Origin: an uncultured delta proteobacterium
GTDB lineage: Bacteria; Myxococcota_A; Polyangia; Fen-1088
NCBI GenBank assembly: GCA_963737265.1
Contig: CAVTRY010000023.1
Coordinates: forward strand, 352,001-416,000
Direction of reading: 5' to 3'
Length of the DNA stretch: 64,000 nucleotides
In this document: piece after piece, positions 18,014 through 34,646 of the stretch
How the letters are laid out: each line of letters begins with the position of its first letter
How positions within the stretch are numbered: position 1 is the first letter of the stretch
Made by a program: the position numbers and the translations under genes
Notes under the pieces: model-generated
Database searches by the model: none
Seen by the model: the letters and a program-made list of their open reading frames with translations, nothing else
Told to the model about the DNA's origin: nothing

Positions 18014-19000
18014 CTAGTCGGTTTCCAGGAAGGACGTTACTTCGCTCGCCACGCGCTGAACCGCCGCGATATCCGTCTTTGGCAAAGAAATCGCGCCGAC
18101 CGCGGGATGACCGCCGCCGCCGTATTTCTCGCATAGCTTGGCGATGTCGTGGGTGCGGGGGACGCTCGGCCAGGGGTTCGAGCCGACCGAGATCTTGTAG
18201 CGCTCCCCGGTCGCCAGCAGGGTCACCGAATAGCGCGCCTCGGGATGCAGATAGTAGACGATGAACTTGTTGAGGGTGGAGACGCCGTCGGGAATGAGGT
18301 TGGTCGTTACGACGCCTTTTCCCAAATAGGACAAGCGGCGCATGGTCTCGATGTTCTTTTGGTGGCGTTCCAGCAACGGCTTGAGCGCATCGGCCACGTA
18401 GCCGTCGGCGGCGATCGCGGCGAGCGGACGCGCGACCAGATCCTCGATAAAGCGTTCGGCCAGTTTGCGCTCGCGGTTGTTCTCGACCCAGGTCATGAGC
18501 TGCAGCGCCGGCTCGCGTAACTCGACCGCCATGGCGGCTGACGGAAAGAGCGCGCCGTCGATAATCTCGGCCCAATGGAGCAGCTCGGCGAAGCGGGCGA
18601 TATCGAAACCAAATCGCGTGGACAGGACCGTGGCGAGGAACTTGGTGCAGCTCTTTGCCGTTGGGTCGTAGAATTTCTGCCCGCTGTCGTCGGCGCGAAA
18701 GTGCGCTTCATCGCCAGGAAGCTGAAAGGCCGAGGCGTGGTGATCGAACCACCAGTGGAGACGCGAATCTTGACTGTATCGAAAATCCACGCACGCGTTC
18801 ACGTCGCCATCGAGCAGGTTGCCGGCGATGGGTTGGGCATCACCCTTGTGCTGCATTGGCGTGTACGCGACCTCGGCGCTGCCGGCGGCCAAACGCTCGC
18901 GAAAGAAGCGCGCAAACAAGCCCGCCGACGCCGCCCCGTCGAAGCAATTACCGTGAAAAAGTACGCGGAGTTTCATGGCGCGAGACTGGTCACGATCCAT
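18014..19000 (-). CDS. DHH/DHHA1 family phosphoesterase
   Basis: HGNCFDG, CVDF, FDHH, GGGGHP motifs. Confidence 0.85.
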   Translation of the reverse strand: MDRDQSRAMKLRVLFHGNCFDGAASAGLFARFFRERLAAGSAEVAYTPMQHKGDAQPIAGNLLDGDVNACVDFRYSQDSRLHWWFDHHASAFQLPGDEAHFRADDSGQKFYDPTAKSCTKFLATVLSTRFGFDIARFAELLHWAEIIDGALFPSAAMAVELREPALQLMTWVENNRERKLAERFIEDLVARPLAAIAADGYVADALKPLLERHQKNIETMRRLSYLGKGVVTTNLIPDGVSTLNKFIVYYLHPEARYSVTLLATGERYKISVGSNPWPSVPRTHDIAKLCEKYGGGGHPAVGAISLPKTDIAAVQRVASEVTSFLETD

Positions 19001-19051
19001 ATCAGGATACCGAACGATCCGGCGATAAGTCTCCCATGTCCTTATGACCGG

Positions 19052-21424
19052 CTAAGCCTGCGCGGAGACCTCGGGCGACTTGGTGGTGCCCGGCTCCGCT
19101 ACTTCCATGGGCACGGATTCCAGCGTTTGTTCCAAGACCTCTTGAATGCGCTTCACGAACGACAGCTCGAGATCCTTGCGAACGCTCTCGGGGATGTCGA
19201 CCAGATCCTTGCGGTTGCGGTCGGGCAGGATGACCCGCCTGATTCCGGCACGGTGGGCGGCCAGCACCTTTTCCTTGATGCCACCCACGGGAAGAACGCT
19301 GCCCCGCAAGGTGATCTCTCCGGTCATGGCCACGTCGCCACGCACGCGCCGGCCGGTGAACAGCGACGCAAGCGCCACCACCATCGCCACGCCCGCCGAC
19401 GGCCCATCCTTGGAAACCGCGCCCGCGGGAACGTGCAGGTGAATGTCGACCTTTTCGAAGTCGGGCGAGATGCCGAGCTCATCGACGTGCGTGCGCACCC
19501 ACGACAGCGCGGCACGCGCGGACTCCTTCATCACGTCGCCTAAATGCCCGGTCAAGATCAGGATTCCCTTGCCGACCATCTGCGACGCTTCGATGAAAAG
19601 GATATCGCCCCCGGACGGCATCCAGGCGAGCCCGGTGGCCACGCCCGGAACCTCGGTGCGTTCGGCGATTTCCGAGAAGAATTTCTGCGGCCCGAGCAGG
19701 TCGGCGATCTTGGCCGGGGTCAGCTTGGGCTCGTAATCCTCACTCTCGGCGACCTTGACGGCGATGCCGCGAATGACGTTGGCCACCTCGCGTTCCAAGT
19801 TGCGCACGCCCGCCTCGCGCGTGTACTGCTCGATGATGGTGGTGAGGGTTTCATCATCGAAGATAATCTGCGTGTCGCTAAGCCCGTGCTCTGACACCTG
19901 CTTGGGCGTCAGATGGCGCTTGGCGATCTCGAGCTTCTCCTCGCGGGTGTAGCCGGGGATTTCCAAGACCTCCATACGATCGAGCAGTGCCGGGGGAATG
20001 GTGTCGAGCGTGTTCGCGGTAGCAATGAAAATGACATTCGACAGGTCGAAGTTGACCTCGAGGTAGTGATCCGAGAACGAGTGGTTCTGCTCGGGGTCCA
20101 GGACTTCGAGCAAGGCGGCCGCGGGATCGCCGCGGAAGTCGGAGCCGAGCTTGTCGATCTCGTCGAGCATGAAGACGGGATTCTTGGTCGCCACGCGACG
20201 CATGCCCTGAATCACCCTACCCGGCAGCGCGCCGATGTAGGTGCGGCGGTGCCCGCGGATCTCCGCCTCGTCGCGCACGCCGCCCAAGGACACCCGAATG
20301 AACTCACGCGACAGCGAACGTGCGATGGACTTGCCAAGCGATGTCTTGCCCACGCCGGGCGGCCCCACCAAGCATAGAATCGGTCCCTTCTTGGCCGGCG
20401 CCAGCTTGCGGACCGCCAGGTATTCGAGCATGCGCTTCTTGACCTTCTGCAGGTCGTAGTGATCGGCATCGAGCACGTTGCGCGCCTGTTCGAGGTCGAG
20501 CGTGTCCGTGGTCTGCTTGGCCCACGGCAGCTCCACCAGCCATTCGAGGTACGTCCGCTGCACGGTGTATTCGGCCGACGACTGCGCCATCTGGCGCAGC
20601 CGTTCGAGCTGCTTGCGCGCAACCTTGGCCACGTCCTCGGGCATGCCGGTCGACTTGATCTTTTCCTCGAAGGAATCCAGATCGCCGCCGTCTTCGCCCT
20701 CGCCGAGCTCGTCCTGAATGGCCTTCAGCTTCTGCCGCAGCACCGCCTCGCGCTGGTGCTTGGAGAATTCCTCGCGCACCTGCGTGTCGATCTTCTGCTT
20801 GACCTTGATCAGCTCCACCTTGCGCTGGAGCAGCACGAGGAGTCGGCGCAGCCGCTCGGCCACGTCCACTTCGACCAAGAGCGACGCGCGCTCTTCGGCG
20901 GACAGATCCACCGTCGCCGCAGTAATGTCGCCGAGGCGGGCCGGATCCTTGTTTTGGTCGAGAATTTGCGCGGCCTCGTCGGGAATGTCGGGTGAAATGG
21001 CGATGAGCTGCTTGGCCACGTCGTAGACGGCCATGCCGAGTCCGTCGATCTCGATGGGATCCTTGCGGATCTCAACCAGCGGCTCGTAGGACGCCACCAG
21101 GAAGGGCTTTTCCTGCACGAAGCCGGTCACGCGCCGCCGCTCGATCCCGCGCAGCACCGCGGTCACGCGGTTTTCCGCCGCCTTGACGATGCGAACGACC
21201 TCTCCCTCGACGCAAATGCCGTAAAGGTCGCTCCCCGCCGGCTCTTCGACGTCAGCATCCTTCTGCGTGCCCACCAAAAGATGCACTCCCTTGCCAGGCA
21301 GGCTTTCGATAAGCCGCAGCGACGACAACCGCCCGATTTCGACGGGCATCACCGCGCCGGGGAACAGAACGAGGTTCCGCAGCGACAGAAGTGGTAGGGA
21401 CTTGGTTGCTTCAGCGGGTGTCAT
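19052..21424 (-). CDS. lon: ATP-dependent Lon protease
   Basis: LON N-domain, GPPGVGKTS, DEIDK, KDGPSAG catalytic Ser, GGIKEK. Confidence 0.97.
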   Translation of the reverse strand: MTPAEATKSLPLLSLRNLVLFPGAVMPVEIGRLSSLRLIESLPGKGVHLLVGTQKDADVEEPAGSDLYGICVEGEVVRIVKAAENRVTAVLRGIERRRVTGFVQEKPFLVASYEPLVEIRKDPIEIDGLGMAVYDVAKQLIAISPDIPDEAAQILDQNKDPARLGDITAATVDLSAEERASLLVEVDVAERLRRLLVLLQRKVELIKVKQKIDTQVREEFSKHQREAVLRQKLKAIQDELGEGEDGGDLDSFEEKIKSTGMPEDVAKVARKQLERLRQMAQSSAEYTVQRTYLEWLVELPWAKQTTDTLDLEQARNVLDADHYDLQKVKKRMLEYLAVRKLAPAKKGPILCLVGPPGVGKTSLGKSIARSLSREFIRVSLGGVRDEAEIRGHRRTYIGALPGRVIQGMRRVATKNPVFMLDEIDKLGSDFRGDPAAALLEVLDPEQNHSFSDHYLEVNFDLSNVIFIATANTLDTIPPALLDRMEVLEIPGYTREEKLEIAKRHLTPKQVSEHGLSDTQIIFDDETLTTIIEQYTREAGVRNLEREVANVIRGIAVKVAESEDYEPKLTPAKIADLLGPQKFFSEIAERTEVPGVATGLAWMPSGGDILFIEASQMVGKGILILTGHLGDVMKESARAALSWVRTHVDELGISPDFEKVDIHLHVPAGAVSKDGPSAGVAMVVALASLFTGRRVRGDVAMTGEITLRGSVLPVGGIKEKVLAAHRAGIRRVILPDRNRKDLVDIPESVRKDLELSFVKRIQEVLEQTLESVPMEVAEPGTTKSPEVSAQA

Positions 21425-21527
21425 GTGTCTCTCCCAAAGTTAGGCGGGGCGGCGCTTGGCCGCAAGCCCGTCGCGCCGGAAAAAAATCGGCGCTCGTTCG
21501 CGCGTGGTAGGTGTGGTTTTGCGCACA

Positions 21528-22451
21528 TCAAAAGCTCCGTACTTTCACGGGCTTGGCACGCCGCTCCAGCTCTTCGACCAAGCGACGTGCTTCGCCGTCC
21601 TTGGGGTCGAGTTTCGGAATTACGATTTCGATGCGGCAAAACTCGTCGCCGCGGCTGCCGTCGGGGCGCTTGATTCCCTTGCCGCGCAAACGGAGCCTCG
21701 CACCGCTCGAGGTTCCGGCCGGCACCGTGAGCCGAACTTGACCGTCGACGGTGGGGACGTCCACCTGGGTGCCGAGGCACGCTTCGCCCAGGGACAAGGG
21801 CAGCGTCAGATCAATGTCGTGATCGCGACGCTGCAGGTGCGGATCCGGCGCGACTTTCACCTTGAGGTACAGGTCGCCCGGCCGCCCGTTCCTCGGGGCC
21901 GCCCCGCCCTGCCCGGACACCCGCAAGCGCGCGCCAGTCTCGACGCCAGCGGGGACATTGACGTCCACACTTTGCCCCGATCCCGTGCGCACGCTGCGCC
22001 GCGTGCCAAGGGCGGCTTCGCGAAAGCCGACCTCCAGCGTTCCCTCCATATCGCTGCCCCGGCCGCGCGCCCTGCCATGGCCCGTGGGACCGGCACCTCC
22101 GAACAGGGTGGCAAAGAGATCCCCGAGATCGCCAAATTCCACCGTGGAACCGCCGCCACCGCCACCACGAGAACCACCGCCGAAGATTTGCGAAAACGTA
22201 TCCGCGTCGAAGTCCTGCGGCATTCCGTCGGCTCCAACCGGAGCCTGGCGAAGCCGGTCGTACTCGTGTCGCTTCTTGATGTCCGACAGGACCTCGTAGG
22301 CATCGCCCACTTCCTTGAACCGCTCAGTCTTCTTCTTGTCGCCGCCGGTTGCGTCGGGATGGTTCTGCTTGGCGAGCTTGCGGTACGCCTTTTTGATGGT
22401 GTCCGCGTCAGCGTTTTCAGGAACACCGAGTATGGCGTAGAGGTCTTTCAT
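21528..22451 (-). CDS. class B J-domain co-chaperone (DnaJ/CbpA-like, no Zn finger)
   Basis: J-domain with HPD, G/F-rich linker, C-terminal substrate domains. Confidence 0.92.
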   Translation of the reverse strand: MKDLYAILGVPENADADTIKKAYRKLAKQNHPDATGGDKKKTERFKEVGDAYEVLSDIKKRHEYDRLRQAPVGADGMPQDFDADTFSQIFGGGSRGGGGGGSTVEFGDLGDLFATLFGGAGPTGHGRARGRGSDMEGTLEVGFREAALGTRRSVRTGSGQSVDVNVPAGVETGARLRVSGQGGAAPRNGRPGDLYLKVKVAPDPHLQRRDHDIDLTLPLSLGEACLGTQVDVPTVDGQVRLTVPAGTSSGARLRLRGKGIKRPDGSRGDEFCRIEIVIPKLDPKDGEARRLVEELERRAKPVKVRSF

Positions 22452-22452
22452 G

Positions 22453-25047
<2,595 letters not shown>

Positions 25048-25122
25048 GATCTCCGCGCAGGGAGGTAAGCACGGGCCGCGGTCGGACAAGGAATCACCGG
25101 CCGGCTTGCGTGGAGGATCTCC

Positions 25123-25917
25123 CTACTTGCCCTTGTGCCGCGCCTTCACTTTCTTGTGCGGCACCTTCTTGGGCAGGGTGAACAGCGTCGCCGGTACCGG
25201 CTCGTCGAAGACGATTTCCACGATATGGCCTTCCATGGTCACCGGACCCACCGTGACGTCTTCCTGGTACCAAACCTTCACACCATCGACGGCGCGCCAA
25301 TCGGAGAACCTCGTGACGTAGGGAACCTCGCCGCCCTGGGACGCTTGCACGCCTTTTTCCAAGACGCGCAGATGGGTCTTGCCGTCAAAGCACAGCGTCG
25401 ATGAATGGCCCTTGTTCTTGACAAGGTCGACGCATTCCCAAACCTCGCCGTCAGGCGCAGCCACGGGCGGCGGCACCGAGGCGACCTTGGCGTAAATCTC
25501 GCCGAGTCGCCATTCCGAGTTCCAAACCGCGGCGATCCGCATGTCCTCGGCCTCGGCGTCCTTGAGCACGCGCAATCCGCCAATGGGATCCTCGGACCAC
25601 GCCACGCGCCCGTCGCAGCCGCGCCGAAACCTGCCCATGCCCGGCATTTCCGAAGTGCTAAATATCTTGCCCCCGCGCGCAATATTCGTCTCTTCTGTGC
25701 TCGTGAAGTGCATCGCCCTGACCGAGACCTCCCGCTTCACGCGCAAGCTTCGGTGCTTCTTCCAGGCGCTCTCGTCGCCGATCGCCCTGGCATAATCGGC
25801 TAGGACGAGCTTGGCATCGCGCAGAGGCGCAGGCGGGGCTGCAACGACCGGGGGCGCGACCAAGCCGGCGTCGATGGAAACGAGAAACGCGAGGAAGGCA
25901 ATCATGACGCCGCCCAT
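25123..25917 (-). CDS. exported protein, possibly LolA-like/lipoprotein-sorting fold
   Basis: Signal-like N-terminus, AIGD..AWKK, FSDWRAVDGVK beta-rich pattern. Confidence 0.6.
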   Translation of the reverse strand: MGGVMIAFLAFLVSIDAGLVAPPVVAAPPAPLRDAKLVLADYARAIGDESAWKKHRSLRVKREVSVRAMHFTSTEETNIARGGKIFSTSEMPGMGRFRRGCDGRVAWSEDPIGGLRVLKDAEAEDMRIAAVWNSEWRLGEIYAKVASVPPPVAAPDGEVWECVDLVKNKGHSSTLCFDGKTHLRVLEKGVQASQGGEVPYVTRFSDWRAVDGVKVWYQEDVTVGPVTMEGHIVEIVFDEPVPATLFTLPKKVPHKKVKARHKGK

Positions 25918-25970
25918 GCTTGGGCCAGAAGCGCGACGGCGTCAAGCGGGACGAAGACCGCTCTCGCCCG

Positions 25971-27413
25971 CTACTTCGCAGACCGAGCATCGACCAGGGC
26001 CGCGTCGAGAACAGGATCGTGGCCGGCAAGTAGAGCGGCTCGGGTTTCGAGCACGCGATGGTCGGGCTGCACGCCGCGACCTTCGATGGCGACGCCCTTG
26101 GGCGTCTTGAACCCGGCCACCGGAATCTGCATCACCGCGCCGCCGGGAAGCTCTTCAATGGTCGAGCCCAAGGCGGCGCCCACCGTGTTCTCTCCGACGA
26201 CGGTGGCGCGCTTCGCTTCTTGCAAGCCCGCGGCCAGTATCTCCGACGTCGATGCGCTGCCTTCATCGGTGAGAATCACCACCTTGCCAGTGAACGGCTT
26301 CGCATCGAGCGACGGTGCCGCTACCAGACTGTTAGCGAAGTCGCGAAACTGAATCGTGCCAAGGTTGGTCTCGCGCGAAACCAGGCGGGCCGCAATGGGG
26401 ATGGCCATACCGCCAAAACCACCGGGATTGCCGCGCAAGTCGAGGATCACCGCCTGGGCGCCGCTGCGCCGAAAACCATCGATCGCCTTCTGCACTTCGC
26501 CGAGGACGGGTTGCAACAGGAAGAAATTGAAGGCGATGATGCCCACGCCGCCAACGTGCGAGACGCGCACCTCGGGCACGATGGGCGGCATGAGCAGGGC
26601 CTGCACCGCAGAGCGCGCTGGCGGATTGCGGGTCAGCATCACATCGTGCGTCTGGTCGTTCCCGTCAAGAAAATGCACACTCACCCTACTTCCGGCGCTG
26701 CCGGATAGAAGGTGCGCGGCCTGACGGCGCAGGCGAAAACGCTCTTCGACCGGCCGCAGTGGGCGCGACGACGGCGGCAGCGCAGTAAGCGAACGGCCGC
26801 CGATGTGCGTGACCAGGTAGCCTGGGCGCAGACCCGCCCGCGCCGCGGACGACTCAGGCCGTACCCAAGACACTGTCGGCTTGCCTTCGATAAGTCGAAT
26901 AACCAGGCCGGGATCGCCGACGCCCGTCCCGACGTCGATCACTTCGGCCGAACCGGGCGGCCGAGCCGGCTCTGGCTCGTCGGTCCGCGCCTCGGCCTCG
27001 TCGCCAGGGCCGTGCACCTCCAGATGAGACTGGCCAAGCCCGCCCAGCATGTCGTTGAGCAGGCGATAGAAGGTCGGCTCGTCGGGCGCGGCGAGCGCGA
27101 GGGGTTGGTATTTGGAGCGCGCGGCCTCCCAGTCCAGACCCGCCAGCGTCTTGTCGAAATCCTTGTCCCGGACAGCGGTCCAGGCCGCAGTGAAAATTGC
27201 CTGCCGGATTTGCAGCCGCACCCGACCGGGCCCCATGGCGGCCGGGGCCGGCCCACCGGCGGCTTGCAGCGGCGCGAAGGTCGGCGGTGTTGTCGATGAA
27301 GCGGCTTCCGGGGCGGCAGCGGCAACCGGCGCCCGCGGCGGCGGGGTCTGACCAGCGCAAGCCGGTGAAAGCGCAGCCACCAAGCCAAGCCAACGAAGCG
27401 AGGGAAACGTCAT
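25971..27413 (-). CDS. S41 (tail-specific/CtpA) peptidase with PDZ domain, lipoprotein
   Basis: DLRGNPGG, SASTSE, GENTVG, EGRGVQPD, AARAGLRPG; PAC lipobox. Confidence 0.9.
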   Translation of the reverse strand: MTFPSLRWLGLVAALSPACAGQTPPPRAPVAAAAPEAASSTTPPTFAPLQAAGGPAPAAMGPGRVRLQIRQAIFTAAWTAVRDKDFDKTLAGLDWEAARSKYQPLALAAPDEPTFYRLLNDMLGGLGQSHLEVHGPGDEAEARTDEPEPARPPGSAEVIDVGTGVGDPGLVIRLIEGKPTVSWVRPESSAARAGLRPGYLVTHIGGRSLTALPPSSRPLRPVEERFRLRRQAAHLLSGSAGSRVSVHFLDGNDQTHDVMLTRNPPARSAVQALLMPPIVPEVRVSHVGGVGIIAFNFFLLQPVLGEVQKAIDGFRRSGAQAVILDLRGNPGGFGGMAIPIAARLVSRETNLGTIQFRDFANSLVAAPSLDAKPFTGKVVILTDEGSASTSEILAAGLQEAKRATVVGENTVGAALGSTIEELPGGAVMQIPVAGFKTPKGVAIEGRGVQPDHRVLETRAALLAGHDPVLDAALVDARSAK

Positions 27414-27460
27414 CGTGGCATGAGTTTACCAGGCTCTGCGGATCCGGATAGTTCGATGCT

Positions 27461-29407
27461 CTAGTTCCGCCCGTCAGAAGAGCGGCCATGCCCAGGCGCT
27501 GTCAATGACGGCGCCTTCACCGCCGCCGTGGTGGGGCGTTGGCCGAGCTTGACCGGGGTCGGCGACGCGGGGGCTACGGGCACGGGACCGGGGCGCGGCG
27601 CCGGTGGTTTTGGGTCGGGAACCACGGGTCCCGGCTTTTTGCGGTACGCCGCCCACGTACCGGCCCGGGCAAGCAGCTCGATCATGCCGTGGTAGCCCGC
27701 AAACAGATCGAAACCAGGCGGTTGGCTGCGCACGAAGAAGTAGTCGAAATTGGGCAGCACCTTGGCGGGTGCGAAGCTCGCGGGAACCCACGGGGAAGTC
27801 ATGAAATCCGGCGCGACCTTCAAACGGCAGGGCATGTGCCGCTCGCCGCAATAGTTGGGGGGAACCATGCTGCCCGGGGCGGGACGCAAGGCCGGGTAAA
27901 ATCCCGGCACGCCGATCAAGGCAGACTCGATTTGCATCACGCGCGAGGTGCGGTCGAAAACCAGGCCCAGCGCCTTGCCGCCGGGTGGCGTCTTTTCTGC
28001 CACCGCGACGAATCCCGCCACCTCGGCGGCGTACATCCGGTAGTGAAGGTAAAGCTGTCGGCCGTAAAGGGCGCCAAAAACCAGCGCGGGCAGCGGCAGC
28101 AGCACCGCCGGCAGCCCGCGAAAGCGCAGCAGCCCCGCGGGCACGAGCAAGAGAAACGTCAGCAGCACCAGCACGGAGAAGCGGGGAAAGAACGTCATCA
28201 GCTCCAGCTCCTGCAGGTGATGCGGTAGCGCCAGATACGCGGTCAGCGCACCCAAGAATGCCACCAGGCCGGCGAGGCGCATGCGTCGGCGACGGACCGA
28301 ACGCGCTTGCGGCGGCTCGCGCGCGGGCGCCCAGGCCAAAAGCCCGATGGCGACGTACGCGACCATGATGAGGAACAGGCCCTTGCAGGCGAGCACGTTG
28401 GTCTGGTCGACGAACGCGCGCATGGCGTGCGTGGGAATAGAGACGATTCGGTGCCACGCATCGACGAGAGCGGTCTCGCGGCCCAAGTCGTCGCGCCGAT
28501 GGCGTTTGAGAAAGGTCCATGCGAGAGCGGCCGTGAGCTTGGCCTGTCCTGCCACCGGCGGCGACGAGAGGTGCCAATAGGCAACGCCGGCAAAAGCCGG
28601 CAAAAGCGCCGCCGCCGCGAAAATCCTGCGCCGAAATGGCACCGCCGCCAGCACGGCGAATGCCAGGGCGGCGCAAATTCCGTAGAGAAAATTCTGCAGG
28701 TGGCAGAGAAAAAGCAGGATCGCGACCGCAGCGGTGCCGATCCACCGCACGGCAAAGGCGCGCCGGCCCTCGCTGTGCACGAGCTTCGTCATCTCCGCCA
28801 GCAGCCAAAGCAGCACGGGAAGCGACAACGCGAAGGAGATGAAGCCGTAGTGCAGGGTCAGGTTGTAGGCGAGCGGAAACGCCAGCAGAGCCGGAATGCG
28901 GCTGCGCCGGCACGCGCCGAGCAGCGAAGCCGTCGCGAACGGCAGCCCGGCCACATAGAGAATGATGATGATCTTGTGCGCGGTCAGCAGGGAGACGATC
29001 TTGCCGAGCGCGATCAGGGCCATGAAGTGAGCCGCATAGGGCGCGATGCGCAGGCCACCTTCGTAGTAGGGCGCGTACGGCGATGCGGCCGATCCCGCCT
29101 TGGACAGCATGTCTGCCGCGGCAAGGTGGAAGGGCAGGTCGAGCCCGGGCAATAGTTGCGTCGCGAACAGCGGCGCGAGAAAAAACGGCAGCAGCAAGGC
29201 GTAGCTGACGCCAAAACACCAGCCATCGGGCACCTTGCCCGCGAGCGCCCACGACCAAGCCCGGACGAAAGCTCTTCTTGGGCGTCCCGGGATGGCTTTC
29301 TTGCCCGGATGGCGGGGGCCGGCGTCCAGGCCCTGCGGTTCATTGATGCTTGCGTCCACGGCGAAAGCCGCGTGCCCAACCGGGTCCGGCGGAGATCCGG
29401 CGGACAT
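27461..29407 (-). CDS. polytopic membrane protein, putative GT-C-like glycosyltransferase/glycan-modifying protein
   Basis: About 10-12 TM segments, first-loop DLPFH, GFISF, CHLQ, PRF, soluble C-terminal domain; start uncertain. Confidence 0.55.
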   Translation of the reverse strand: MSAGSPPDPVGHAAFAVDASINEPQGLDAGPRHPGKKAIPGRPRRAFVRAWSWALAGKVPDGWCFGVSYALLLPFFLAPLFATQLLPGLDLPFHLAAADMLSKAGSAASPYAPYYEGGLRIAPYAAHFMALIALGKIVSLLTAHKIIIILYVAGLPFATASLLGACRRSRIPALLAFPLAYNLTLHYGFISFALSLPVLLWLLAEMTKLVHSEGRRAFAVRWIGTAAVAILLFLCHLQNFLYGICAALAFAVLAAVPFRRRIFAAAALLPAFAGVAYWHLSSPPVAGQAKLTAALAWTFLKRHRRDDLGRETALVDAWHRIVSIPTHAMRAFVDQTNVLACKGLFLIMVAYVAIGLLAWAPAREPPQARSVRRRRMRLAGLVAFLGALTAYLALPHHLQELELMTFFPRFSVLVLLTFLLLVPAGLLRFRGLPAVLLPLPALVFGALYGRQLYLHYRMYAAEVAGFVAVAEKTPPGGKALGLVFDRTSRVMQIESALIGVPGFYPALRPAPGSMVPPNYCGERHMPCRLKVAPDFMTSPWVPASFAPAKVLPNFDYFFVRSQPPGFDLFAGYHGMIELLARAGTWAAYRKKPGPVVPDPKPPAPRPGPVPVAPASPTPVKLGQRPTTAAVKAPSLTAPGHGRSSDGRN

Positions 29408-29498
29408 GCAACCAAGGTGCAGCGGAGCGGGTTTGCGCGACCGGCCCTGTATACAACAATTCCCAGCGGAAGCGTGGTATAGACTCCGCCAACTCGCC

Positions 29499-30244
29499 AT
29501 GGGCCTGCTCGATATTTTCTCCAAGGAGAGGCGCGAGGAGCGCGCGCGTGCCGGGAATATCCAGCGCACGATCAACAAATACTCGCAGTCCGGCGACCGC
29601 TACAAGGCCATGGAAGCCCTGGCCTCCGAGGGTTCGGAAGAAGCCACCTACGGCCTTTTGCGTCGTTTCGGCATGATGTACGACAAATCGATCGAAGACG
29701 AACAGGAAAAGGAATGGGTCTTCGATACCCTGGTCAGCAAGGGCGAATCGGCGCTACCAGCGGTCAAACGCTACTTGACGGCCACCGATTCGGCGGCCTG
29801 GCCGTTGCGCTTGCTACAGAAGATTGCGCCCAGCAAGGACGTCGAGATCGACGTCATCGCCGAGGTCCTGGCGCGCCACGAACCCGGCTATGAGCGCGAC
29901 CCGACGAAGAAGATCCAACTCATCCGCCATCTCGGCTTGATGAAGCACGCCAAGGCGCCCGACCTCATTTCGCCCTACCTCGGCGACATGGACGAGGGCG
30001 TGCGTTTCGCGACTGTCGAGGCGCTGCTGGCGCTCAAGAACGAGGACGCCGCACGCGACAAGCTGCTGGCCCTGTTCGTTTCCGACAGCGAGGAAAGCCT
30101 GCGCCTGCGCATCCGCATCGCCGATGGCTTTGCCGACCTCGGCTGGCGGGTGCAAGGTCACCGCGGCGGCGTCGAAAAGAAGCTGCCCGACGGATTCCAG
30201 CTCGACCGCGAAGGTCACATTCTAAAACCGAAGAAGCCCGAGTA

Positions 30245-30245
<1 letters not shown>
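29499..30245 (+). CDS. HEAT-repeat protein
   Basis: Helical repeats, [17 protein letters not shown]; TAATG coupling to carB. Confidence 0.8.
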
Positions 30246-33539
<3,294 letters not shown>

Positions 33540-33547
<8 letters not shown>

Positions 33548-34031
33548 TAGAGTTCCCATGACTCCGCGAGGGCAGAAGAAACTTCGCGAGGAATTGAAGC
33601 GCCTGCGCGAGGTCGAACGGCCCAAGAACGTGCTCGATATCGAAATCGCGCGCGCTCATGGCGATCTGTCGGAAAACGCCGAGTATTCGGCGGCCAAGGA
33701 ACGTCAGAGCTTCATCGAGGGACGTTTGCGCGAGGTCGAAAGCCTCATTGCGCTTTCGGAGGTCATCGACCCGGGAAAACTGTCGGGTTCGCGCGTGGTC
33801 TTCGGCGCCACCGTGCGTCTGGTCGACACCGATTCCGGGGAAGAGAGCGTCTACAGCATCGTGGGCGACAACGAAGGCGACATCAAGGAAGGCCGGCTCG
33901 CCATTTCGGCGCCTCTCACCCGCGCGCTCATCGGGCGCGAAGAGGGTGACACCGTGACCCTGCGGACCGGCAAGGGATCGCGCGAATACCAGATTCAATC
34001 GGTCAGCTTCATTGCCCTGGAAGACGCGTAG
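33540..34031 (+). CDS. greA: transcription elongation factor GreA
   Basis: [32 protein letters not shown]; ATG overlaps the carB end. Confidence 0.95.
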
Positions 34032-34646
34032 TTGGCAAGTAGTTCCATCCAGGCTGTCTTTCTCGATCTCGGCAACGTCCTCGCTTTTCACGACGACGCG
34101 GTCCTGTTCGACAGGATGTCCAAGTGGGGCGGCGCGAGCCCCGACGAGATCCGCAAGCGCATGCTCGATCTGTGGGATCCCATCAACCGCGGAACCCTGG
34201 CGGGCGACGACCTTCGCCGCGCGGTTTGTCGGGTCTCCGGCTCCGAAGTACCCGTCGACGCCGAGTCGTTCTTCGCGATGTGGACCTGTCACTTTCGCAT
34301 TCACACCGCCGTGCTGCCCATGGTCGAAGCCTTGCTGGGCCAGGTGAAGGTGCTGCTGCTTTCCAACACCAACGAAATGCACTGGCGCTTCGTCCGCCCG
34401 CGGATTCCCTTGTTCGAACGTTTCCACGGGCTGGTGATTTCCTGCGACCTTCTGCTCGCCAAGCCCGATCCCGAGATCTTCCAGGTTGCTCTCCAACGCG
34501 CGCAGGTGCGCGCCGAGGCCGCCGCATTCTTCGACGATGTTCCGCGTTTCGTGGAAGCCGCCTGTGCCCTAGGAATTCAAGGTCGCGTTTTCACCGATGC
34601 GGAAAACTTCCGCCGCCAGCTCGCCGGGCTGGGTTTGTCCGTCTAG
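34032..34646 (+). CDS. HAD-superfamily phosphatase (YihX-like)
   Basis: DLGNV, LSNTN, KPDPEIF, FFDD. Confidence 0.88.
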   Translation: MASSSIQAVFLDLGNVLAFHDDAVLFDRMSKWGGASPDEIRKRMLDLWDPINRGTLAGDDLRRAVCRVSGSEVPVDAESFFAMWTCHFRIHTAVLPMVEALLGQVKVLLLSNTNEMHWRFVRPRIPLFERFHGLVISCDLLLAKPDPEIFQVALQRAQVRAEAAAFFDDVPRFVEAACALGIQGRVFTDAENFRRQLAGLGLSV

